DNA of 28,479 nt, from positions 1 to 28,479 of IMG/VR virus record IMGVR_UViG_3300048580_000763, one strand, 5' to 3'. Positions 9,236-16,804 of this stretch are shown here, in pieces. The stretch comes from a virus (lineage: Duplodnaviria; Caudoviricetes). Position 1 is the first letter of the stretch; every line of letters starts with the position of its first letter. Made by a program: the position numbers and the translations under genes. The notes under the pieces were generated by a model. That model had not been told where the DNA came from and did not search any database. It saw only the letters and a program-made list of their open reading frames with translations.

Positions 9236-9343
9236 AACTTTTTTCGACTATCTGCGCTCCGCTTCCTTTACGCTATCCGATAGGCGGTTACATGATTGGG
9301 GCGGGAAGGAACCCGCGCTCAACAACCCACGGAGAACAAGATG
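9236..9343 (+). promoter_or_regulatory. conserved rightward leader, copy 1 (promoter/operator/hairpin/RBS)
   Basis: aligns to 19041-19143; TTTACG...CATGAT, imperfect palindrome TATCCG-N5-CGGTTA (9274-9290), 20-bp identical GGGGCGGGAAGGAACCCGCG (9298-9317), ACAAGATG. Confidence 0.75.
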
Positions 9344-10177
9344 CCCAGCAAGAAGAACACCGAAGCCCCCGCCGCGAAGATCGCCCGCAACCCGTCGGAC
9401 AAGACGGCCCGCGCCATGTACGACGCGGTGGTAGCGCAGGAGGGCACGGTCGGCGGGCACCCCGCCCGCATCGCCCTGTACGGCACGAAGTACGCCGCCC
9501 TCGAAGTCGGCGGCGAGGGCGCGTGGGCGGTCGACCACGACACCGCGTTCGGCGGCGTGCGCGCCATCGAGACGCTCCGCAGCAGCTTCGACGAGGTGCT
9601 CGTCCTCGGCGGCGACATGCGCGAGATTCAGTTGACCGCGGGGAACGTCGCGGTCGTCGAGCCGGAGATCGTCGAGGTCGTCGACGCCGATCCGGTCGTG
9701 GTCGAACTCGACCCGGTCGACTTCGCGAAGGCCGAGGCGAACATCGCCGCCATGCTCCCGGCCCCCGTGGTCGCCGCCGAGCCCGTCCTGACCACCCTCG
9801 ACGAAGTCCGGGCCGCCCACGAAGCCGAAACGCGCGGCGCGTGCCGGGCGAGCGTCCTGCGCGCCTTGCGGGTGCGGGCCGGCGAGATCGCGCTCGGCGT
9901 GGTGGCGGGCGGCAAGGGGGAGAAGGCGAACCAGCCCGCCGTGAAGGCGGACGGGAAGTGGGCAACGTGGGCCACCGCGCAAGCGGCCCTGCTCACGGCC
10001 GACGTACCCGAACGCGACGTCACCTTCGCTGAACTCGCCACCGCCGGCTTCGCCGGGTCGGTCACGAAGTACGCCGCAGCGTGGTCGCCGAAGTCCAGCA
10101 CGGCCGGTCGTGCGCTCGCCGCCGTCGGCCTGCGCGCCTCACTTCACAAGGAGTGCGTGACGATCAGCCGCGAGTAA
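9341..10177 (+). CDS. hypothetical protein (278 aa), orphan plus-strand gene
   Basis: GGAG RBS, strong C/G third-position bias in this frame, followed by terminator. Confidence 0.8.
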   Translation: MPSKKNTEAPAAKIARNPSDKTARAMYDAVVAQEGTVGGHPARIALYGTKYAALEVGGEGAWAVDHDTAFGGVRAIETLRSSFDEVLVLGGDMREIQLTAGNVAVVEPEIVEVVDADPVVVELDPVDFAKAEANIAAMLPAPVVAAEPVLTTLDEVRAAHEAETRGACRASVLRALRVRAGEIALGVVAGGKGEKANQPAVKADGKWATWATAQAALLTADVPERDVTFAELATAGFAGSVTKYAAAWSPKSSTAGRALAAVGLRASLHKECVTISRE

Positions 10178-10191
10178 GCCCTCGGCCGACG

Positions 10192-10225
10192 GACGCCGGG
10201 AATGGTCCCGGCGTCTTGTCGTTTT
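10192..10225 (+). terminator. intrinsic terminator between convergent genes
   Basis: GACGCCGGGA-ATGG-TCCCGGCGTC 10-bp stem followed by TTGTCGTTTT. Confidence 0.8.
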
Positions 10226-10907
10226 ACTGGCCTGAGATCGGGTCGACGACCCCGACCTCGTCGAAGCCCCGCGCCCGAATGATGCAGGCGTGGCACTTGC
10301 CACAGGGGGGGCGCTCCCCCCGGTAGCAGGTGTGCGAGTCGGCGAGGGCCTCCATGCAGCCCGGCAACGCCTGCGCAAGCCTCACCGTGTCCGCTTTCGT
10401 GAGGTACATCAGCGGCGTGTGGACGCGGAACGCCTCGGCGTCGCCGTCGATCCCGAGCCCGAGCGTCCGCTCCATCGCGTCGATGAAGTCGCGTCGACAG
10501 TCGGGGTAGCCCCCGAAGTCGGCCTCGCAGACGCCGGTCACGAGGTCGCGCGACCCGAGCACCGTGGCAACGTTGGCTGCGAGGACGAGGAACAGCGCGT
10601 TCCGAGCCGGCACGAACGTCGGCTCGACGCCCCCCGGCAGGTCGTTCGCCGAGGCGTACTGCCCGACGGGCGCGTCCGACACGAGCGGCGACGTCCCGCG
10701 CAGGATGCGGCCGACCTCCAAGACCTCGTGCTCGACCCCTGCCGCCGCCGCGATGGTGCGCGCGGCCTCGACCTCGACGGCGTGGCGCTGCCCGTAGTGG
10801 ATCGACAGCGCGACCACGCGCTCGAACCGGTCACGCGCCCAATACAGGCACGTCGTGCTGTCCTGCCCCCCCGAGAACAGGACGACGGCGATCGACTTGG
10901 CTTTCAT
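10224..10907 (-). CDS. queC: 7-cyano-7-deazaguanine synthase
   Basis: SGGQDS PP-loop, YGQRH, TFVPARN, YPDCR, C-terminal CY..PCGKCHAC Zn site. Confidence 0.97.
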   Translation of the reverse strand: MKAKSIAVVLFSGGQDSTTCLYWARDRFERVVALSIHYGQRHAVEVEAARTIAAAAGVEHEVLEVGRILRGTSPLVSDAPVGQYASANDLPGGVEPTFVPARNALFLVLAANVATVLGSRDLVTGVCEADFGGYPDCRRDFIDAMERTLGLGIDGDAEAFRVHTPLMYLTKADTVRLAQALPGCMEALADSHTCYRGERPPCGKCHACIIRARGFDEVGVVDPISGQ

Positions 10908-11338
10908 GTGGACTCCGGGCCGAGCCAGTCGGCCCAGCAGTTCGGCGTTTCGTAGACACGGACGCGGACGATCCGCAGCCCTCGGCCGGCGAGCAGTTCC
11001 CCGGCAACCCGCCCGAGTTCGGCGGCGATGTTCTCGGCGGTCGGCTCAGACGACATCGTGTAGTGCCGCCAGCCGGAGGCATCGCAGAGCGCGTGCAGGT
11101 CGACGTCATCGGGATGCAGGAGCGTCCCGTGGTCCCACCGCTCGTCGATCCACGTCCCGACGATCGACTTGACCTCGCCGAAGTCTACCACCCGGCCGCA
11201 CTCGTCGAGCCCGTCGGCCTCGACCGTGATCTCGACGGCGTACCGGTGCCCGTGCAGGTTGCGACACTTCGACTCGTGGCGCGTCACCCGATGGGCGGCG
11301 TCGAACTCCAAGCGGCGGGTACAAGTCGGCTTCATCAT
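10904..11338 (-). CDS. queD: 6-carboxy-5,6,7,8-tetrahydropterin synthase
   Basis: FDAAH, CRNLHGHRY, DFG, DH, PTAEN, ETP motifs. Confidence 0.96.
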   Translation of the reverse strand: MMKPTCTRRLEFDAAHRVTRHESKCRNLHGHRYAVEITVEADGLDECGRVVDFGEVKSIVGTWIDERWDHGTLLHPDDVDLHALCDASGWRHYTMSSEPTAENIAAELGRVAGELLAGRGLRIVRVRVYETPNCWADWLGPEST

Positions 11339-11344
11339 TACTCC

Positions 11345-12270
11345 CTATCCAACAGCACTAAGGCCGGCAATCGTTGGTTGACGGATAGGTCCACACGCCC
11401 AATCCAAGGCGGCCACGATCGCGTCGACGTCTTGCTTGTCGGGCAACACCGACACGAACAGGCGCGTGCCAAGATGTTTCTTGACGTCCAACGAGTACGC
11501 GATCCACGACCGAGCGTTGAGCATCTGCACTCGGTGAACATAGTGTTGATTCCGCCAGCTTTCTGACAGGTCGAACACCTTGGGGTCTATCCCAAGTCGC
11601 GCCACAGCCGCCCTGACTTTGCTTGCCGCAAGTCCGGCCCGGAACCGCCCAGCCCTCCAATCGGGCTCAGCGAAGTTGAGCATGTCTCCCCCCCCCATAT
11701 AGACGTGCATCTGTCCGAACGTGCGTCCGGCCGTCCACGACGCACAGTCCACAGAATACGGGGAGAACCCCTTGATCATCGCCTGTTCGGTATACCCAAG
11801 CCAATGAACATTCCTGCCGGCCGCCCACTTCATCTTCAGCTTGACATAGGTGTCCGGCGCGGCTCCCCGATGCGGGCGACGCAACCCACCCAGCGCCACC
11901 CAAGAGGAATAGCTGAACAGTTGGTTCATCCTCGCTTCGTCGTCACCGAATACATGAACAGGAATCGGAACCAAGCCCGCCGCCATCATCGTCTGTTGGT
12001 TGGCGTCCGTGGCAACCGGGTCTTGGAGCACATCGAGCGCCATGTGTCTTGGAGCACATCGAGCGCCATGTAGCCGAACAGGTGCGACTTCCACGCATGG
12101 ACCCACGCGATGTAATCTTGCAAGTCGATCGCCTTCCCAACATTGAACGCCGTAAACGCGCCAGAATCCAGCAGGAACTCAATCCGTGGATCTGCAACGA
12201 GTTGCCGCACGCGGTCGGGATCAGTTTCCCGAAGGTAGGCATAGCTCGCAAGGATGGGAACCTTGGTCAC
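11345..12270 (-). pseudogene. second TGT/DpdA-like transglycosylase, frameshifted by a 26-bp duplication
   Basis: GTG 12270 coupled to upstream stop; N-part (SYAYLR, LLDSGAFTAF) and C-part (PIPVHVFG, HWLGYT, SVDCAS) in different frames; removing one repeat copy leaves 900 nt in frame (299 aa). Confidence 0.85.
12020..12071. repeat. exact 26-bp tandem duplication
   Basis: GTCTTGGAGCACATCGAGCGCCATGT at 12020-12045 and 12046-12071. Confidence 0.97.
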
Positions 12271-13271
12271 GCCACACCCAACGGTCGATCCCAGCCGCGA
12301 GCGTGGGCGACCTCCAACGCACAGTCGACGATCCGGTCGAACCGGGTGTCGCAAGTGCAGGCGAGGAACACCCGCGTCCCGAACATGCGACGAATGTCAT
12401 ATATGTACCGAACGAACGAACGAACCGCGAGGTGCGCCGCAACGTGGGTCGGTTGATCATGATTGCGTGACGTCCGAACATACGTCCGCGTGTCGCACAC
12501 GCGTTCAGCCTCGCTTGCGTTCTGCCACCGCCACGAATCGGCACTGTCAAGCGCGTCGGGTGAACACCCGTATTCGACCAGCGTTGCTCGCAGCGACCGA
12601 GCCTCGGCTCCCGACACCTTGATCCACTCGTGGTGCTCGCCGGCCCACCACTTGCCATTCCCGCGGTACAGGTGGCACACGCCGAACTGCGAGGCGGCCC
12701 ACGCTGACGCGCTGTCGCACGAGAACGGCCGGAACGCGCGCAGCGTTTCTTCGTCGGTGTACCCGAGCCAGTGGACCGGCCGCGCGGCGGCCCACGTCAT
12801 CTTCTGCTTGACGTACTCGATCGGAGCCTTCCCCCTCGACGGACGACGAAACCCGCCGAGTCCGACGTAAGGCGACCGCTCGAAGAACCGATCCATCGCA
12901 GCGCCGTCCTCGCCGAAAACGTGGATCGGGATCGGCGACAGGCCGGCGGCGAGCATGGTCTGCCAGTTCGCCTCGGTCGCCGCCGGGTCTTGAATCTTGT
13001 CGAGCAGGAAATACCCGAACAGCTTGTCCTTCCACTCGTGAAGGAAGTCGATGTAATCGCCGACCTCGATCGCCTTGCCCGCATTGAACGCGGTAAACGC
13101 GCCGGAGTCGAGCAGCACCTCCCGACGCGGGTCGTCGAGGATTGTCCGGATTTGCGCCGCCGGTCGTTGGCGAAGGTACGCATAGCTCACGAGGTACGGG
13201 AACCGACAACGGGCAACCCCGTCGATCACGACCGGTTCGTCCGTCGCAAAGCTCGCGGTCCCCGTCGTCAA
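12267..13271 (-). CDS. TGT-superfamily (DpdA-like) 7-deazaguanine transglycosylase
   Basis: LLDSGAFTAF, LD, GLGG, VHWLG, SCDSAS match TGT catalytic barrel motifs; embedded among que genes. Confidence 0.85.
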   Translation of the reverse strand: MTTGTASFATDEPVVIDGVARCRFPYLVSYAYLRQRPAAQIRTILDDPRREVLLDSGAFTAFNAGKAIEVGDYIDFLHEWKDKLFGYFLLDKIQDPAATEANWQTMLAAGLSPIPIHVFGEDGAAMDRFFERSPYVGLGGFRRPSRGKAPIEYVKQKMTWAAARPVHWLGYTDEETLRAFRPFSCDSASAWAASQFGVCHLYRGNGKWWAGEHHEWIKVSGAEARSLRATLVEYGCSPDALDSADSWRWQNASEAERVCDTRTYVRTSRNHDQPTHVAAHLAVRSFVRYIYDIRRMFGTRVFLACTCDTRFDRIVDCALEVAHARGWDRPLGVA

Positions 13272-13895
13272 TCAAAACGCCTTGGCGACGTAGCCGGTCC
13301 CAAGGGCGGCGAGCGCGGCGGTCACGGCGTCGAGCGTCGCGTCCCGGTCTGCCGCCTTGATCCCGAGCACCTTGATCACATACGTTTCGGCCGCCGGGTC
13401 GTAGTCCCCGATCGAGCCGGGGTCGACCGCGCCTTCGGACGCCCACGCGCCGGGCGACCGGAGCAGCGCGTCGATCTCCAACTTCGAGAAGCCGAGCGCC
13501 TCGGCGTCGAACGTCAGGTCGAGGTCGCCATACTCGGCGGTCAACTCGGCAAGCACCTTTGCGAGCCCGTCGTTGTCCCACACCGACAACTCGCCGAGCT
13601 TGTTCGCGGCGAGTGCCAGCTTGCGCGCTTGCCGGTCGTCCACGTCGAGGAACCGAACCGGGACTCGTGTCATGCCGAGCTTCTGCGCGGCCTTCAGGCG
13701 CGTGTGCCCCGAAATGACCATACTGTCCGCCCGGCGAGCGACGATCACCTCGGCCCAGCCGAACTCGACGATCGACGCGGCGACCTTCTCGACTGCGTGG
13801 TCGTTGATCCTCGGGTTGCCTTCCCACGGAACGAGGGACGACGCTTCGACCCACTCGGCGGCGACTTCCCCGTCCTTCGGCTTCGGCTTGCTCAT
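13272..13895 (-). CDS. ParB/Srx N-terminal domain protein
   Basis: LVPWEGNPRIN, SIVEFGW, ISGHTRLKAA, LAANK..WD pattern; ATGA-coupled to folE. Confidence 0.9.
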   Translation of the reverse strand: MSKPKPKDGEVAAEWVEASSLVPWEGNPRINDHAVEKVAASIVEFGWAEVIVARRADSMVISGHTRLKAAQKLGMTRVPVRFLDVDDRQARKLALAANKLGELSVWDNDGLAKVLAELTAEYGDLDLTFDAEALGFSKLEIDALLRSPGAWASEGAVDPGSIGDYDPAAETYVIKVLGIKAADRDATLDAVTAALAALGTGYVAKAF

Positions 13896-14482
13896 GCGGT
13901 ACGTCCTCGGTCTGAAAGGTGCCAGAACTCCTCGCGAACGGCGTGCTCGCGAAACTTGCCGAGCAGCGCCTCCGTGACCATCCGGCTCTGCTTGCGGACG
14001 CCACGGCAAGAGGCGCAGAGGTGCTCGCTTGTGATCCGAACGCCGACGCCCTGCGCGCCGAGGTGGGTCAGAAGCGCGTCGGCGACCTGCTGGGTCATGC
14101 GCTCCTGAACCTGCAGCCGGCGCGCGAACGCGTCGACGAGCCGTGGAATCTTCGACAGGCCGACCACCCGACCCGACGCACCCGGAAGGTAGCCGACGTC
14201 AGCGTGCCCGATGAACGGCAGCATGTGGTGCTCGCAGACCGACGCGAACGGGATGCTCGACACGACGATCATTTGGTCATAGCCGCCGACCTCGTCGAAC
14301 CCGTCAGCCCCGGACGACGTCTTCAGGACGGCGGCAGGGTCGAGCAGCCGACCCGACAGAATCTCGTCCCACGCCTTCGCTACCCGCATCGGCGTGTCGA
14401 GCAGGCCCTCGCGTTCGGGGTCCTCCCCGAGTGCCCGCAACAGGTCGCGAACGGCGGCAGACGCGGCGGCAAGATCGGTCAC
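13892..14482 (-). CDS. folE: GTP cyclohydrolase I
   Basis: GEDPEREGLLDTPMRVAK, CEHH, GLSK, RRLQVQERMT, HLC..RG; GTG 14482 coupled to queE stop. Confidence 0.96.
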   Translation of the reverse strand: MTDLAAASAAVRDLLRALGEDPEREGLLDTPMRVAKAWDEILSGRLLDPAAVLKTSSGADGFDEVGGYDQMIVVSSIPFASVCEHHMLPFIGHADVGYLPGASGRVVGLSKIPRLVDAFARRLQVQERMTQQVADALLTHLGAQGVGVRITSEHLCASCRGVRKQSRMVTEALLGKFREHAVREEFWHLSDRGRTA

Positions 14483-15141
14483 GGAACCCCCAGCAGCTTG
14501 TGCGTTTGCAGCCCGACCCGCCACCCGTGCCGCCCGGCCAGCGCGAGGGCCTCGGCGACGTTCCCGAGCGCCCCACCGCCCACGTCGAGCGGCTGGACGT
14601 AGCGGTATCGGAAGCCCCACGCCGACATCGCCTCGACGTCGGCTTCGGTCCACTGCGGCGCCACGATCTTGATCTCGGTCCCGGTCCGCACGACGACGTG
14701 GTCGAGCCCCGGAGCGTCGCGGAGCGCCTTCGGTGACACGCAGACGTGAACGCCCGGCAACGACAGCACGCGGGCCGCGACCGTCCCGTTCGTTTCGATC
14801 GCGACGTCGAACCCCTCGACGAGCAGCCGCAGCACGAACCGCTCTCCGTCCGGCTTCGCCAGTTGCAGCGTCGGCTCGCCACCCGTGATCACAACGAGCG
14901 GTCGAACCTCGCGCGACCGGTTTGTTGCGGTAACCTTCGCGATCAATGCATCGACCTCGAACGCCTCACCGCCGACGAAGTCCGTGTCGCACCATCCGGC
15001 GCAGACGCCCTTCCCGGTTGCCCGGCCGCCTTGGAGTCCAAACCAGAGGTTGCAGCCAACCAGTCGCACGAACACCGCAGACCGGCCCGCGTTGCTGCCT
15101 TCACCTTGGACTGTTGCGAAAACCTCTTTGACGCGGAGCAT
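14479..15141 (-). CDS. queE: 7-carboxy-7-deazaguanine synthase (radical SAM)
   Basis: EVFATVQGEG, FVRLVGCNLW...C.GWCDTDF, ITGGEP, IETNG, VSPK, QTHK. Confidence 0.95.
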   Translation of the reverse strand: MLRVKEVFATVQGEGSNAGRSAVFVRLVGCNLWFGLQGGRATGKGVCAGWCDTDFVGGEAFEVDALIAKVTATNRSREVRPLVVITGGEPTLQLAKPDGERFVLRLLVEGFDVAIETNGTVAARVLSLPGVHVCVSPKALRDAPGLDHVVVRTGTEIKIVAPQWTEADVEAMSAWGFRYRYVQPLDVGGGALGNVAEALALAGRHGWRVGLQTHKLLGVP

Positions 15142-15164
15142 TGGCCTCGTGGGGCGACTTGCCG

Positions 15165-15482
15165 TCAGCGTACCACGACGGCAAGAATCACGCATCCCAC
15201 GAGCACCCACAGACCGACCGCCGCGAACGCGAGCAACGTCGACGCCGGCCGCCATGTCCACGGCTGGCGGAACTGCGTGCCCGCCCTCGACGGCCTCGCC
15301 ATCAGGACGACGATCGCCTGCTCGCCGTCCTCCTTCGTGACGAGCCACGAGATCGTCGGCGTGTACCCGTCGCAGACGGCGCACGTCAACGCCGTGCTCG
15401 CCCCCTTCTCGGGGTCGGGCGACGTCTCGACGAGCAGCGTGGAGGACGGGTCGAAGTTGGCGACGGGGTTCGGCTCTTTCAT
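15165..15482 (-). CDS. hypothetical membrane-anchored protein (105 aa)
   Basis: TGATG-coupled to epimerase gene; CAVC motif; C-terminal hydrophobic helix. Confidence 0.6.
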   Translation of the reverse strand: MKEPNPVANFDPSSTLLVETSPDPEKGASTALTCAVCDGYTPTISWLVTKEDGEQAIVVLMARPSRAGTQFRQPWTWRPASTLLAFAAVGLWVLVGCVILAVVVR

Positions 15483-16804
15483 CAGTCGGCCTTATAACCG
15501 GCGGTCAGGTAGTCCGAGATCGCGAGGGCCGTCGTCGCCGACGCCGACAGTTCGCCGGTCAGGTTCGCGACGAGCGGCGGCGCGTAGGGATAGGGGGCGA
15601 CGCCGAGGAAGTCGCGGTATCCGTACTCGGGAGGAATCGGCGCGTAGCCCCTCGTCGCCGCCACCGCGTCCTTCACCGCCCCGCGCATCGCCGAGTCGTC
15701 CCAGCCGGGCGCGGCGATGCCGACCCGCCACGGAAACGCCGCGAGAAGCTCCTGCCGCTCGGTCGTCGGCCGGACGATCACGACCGGCACTCGTGCATAC
15801 GCCGCGTCCTCCGCGAGCCCGCCGGAGTCGGTGACGACGATCGCACGGTCGGCGAACCCGGACACCTCGCCTCGGCCGTCGCGCGCGAGCAGCAGGGCGG
15901 CGAGGGTACGGTAGCCGAGCGGGTCGATCACCCTGCCGCCGAGCGCGAGGAACGCCGACAGCGCCTTCGCGTGGCCGGGGTTCCCCGTCACCCTCGGGTG
16001 GGTCGCCCACACCGGACGGTAGCCGGCTTCGACGCACGCCCCGGCGATCGACGCGACGGTCGCCCTGAGCAGGGCCGGGTCGTCGGTCAGCGCCGCCCGG
16101 TGGAGCGTCACGAGCGCCCACCGGCCCTCGTCGGCCGCAAACAGGGCCTCGATCCCGGCCCGGAACGACGGCCAGTCGCGGTCGGCGGTCGCCGCCCGGA
16201 CGAGCGAGTCGATCCCGGTCTGCCCGACGTGGGCGATCCTCGCCGACCCTCGCCGCCCCCGCTTCGCCGTCAGCGCGGCGCGCTCGATCCGGCAGGTCGC
16301 GGCGGCGAGCGGCGAGGGACACAAGAGCAGGTCGGCCTCGGCGTCGATCGCCACCCGAACGTGCTCCTCCGGCATCGTCCAGTCGTAGGACCGCAGCCCA
16401 GCTTCGAGGTGCGCGAGCGGGAGCCCCCCGACCCGCTTCGCCGCCAGCGCCCCGGCCAGCGCCGACGCCGTGTCGCCTTGGACGAGGACGAGCGCCGCGT
16501 CGGCGAGGTGCGGCTCGATCGCGGAGGCCGACCAGAGGGCGGCGGCCCAAACCAACTGCGGCGGCTTGTCAGCGCCGACCCTCGGCGATCTGCCTGACCG
16601 CGCCTTGACCGCCGGCCACGGCAGGACCACGTCGGGGTACGGGCCATCGGTCGCGGCGAACACGTCGGCGGCGAGGGAAGGGGATGTGTGCTGGCCGGTC
16701 CAGACGTAGCGAACCGTGCGGCCGCAGCCGCGAAGCTCGCGAATCACCTCGGCGACCTTCAGGTGCTCGGGACGCGTCCCGGCGACGATGACGACGGGGT
16801 TCAT
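15482..16804 (-). CDS. wecB: UDP-N-acetylglucosamine 2-epimerase-like protein (GT-B fold)
   Basis: GTRPE, TGQH, QGDT, HLEAGLRS..PEE, TLHR, TDSGG, RPTTER; ATG 16804 coupled to dinG stop. Confidence 0.9.
   Translation of the reverse strand: MNPVVIVAGTRPEHLKVAEVIRELRGCGRTVRYVWTGQHTSPSLAADVFAATDGPYPDVVLPWPAVKARSGRSPRVGADKPPQLVWAAALWSASAIEPHLADAALVLVQGDTASALAGALAAKRVGGLPLAHLEAGLRSYDWTMPEEHVRVAIDAEADLLLCPSPLAAATCRIERAALTAKRGRRGSARIAHVGQTGIDSLVRAATADRDWPSFRAGIEALFAADEGRWALVTLHRAALTDDPALLRATVASIAGACVEAGYRPVWATHPRVTGNPGHAKALSAFLALGGRVIDPLGYRTLAALLLARDGRGEVSGFADRAIVVTDSGGLAEDAAYARVPVVIVRPTTERQELLAAFPWRVGIAAPGWDDSAMRGAVKDAVAATRGYAPIPPEYGYRDFLGVAPYPYAPPLVANLTGELSASATTALAISDYLTAGYKAD

Noticed and set aside
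11986-12106. Programmed ribosomal frameshift or intron in TGT2
   Set aside because: Fully explained by the exact 26-bp duplication; no slippery site or intron structure seen
13272-13895. ParABS partition system
   Set aside because: No ParA, no HTH, no parS-like array; it is the ParB-N type found with phage modification genes
10224-15141. Ordinary host queuosine tRNA operon
   Set aside because: No queF or queA, the TGT-like proteins lack the Zn motif of tRNA TGT, and the context is phage
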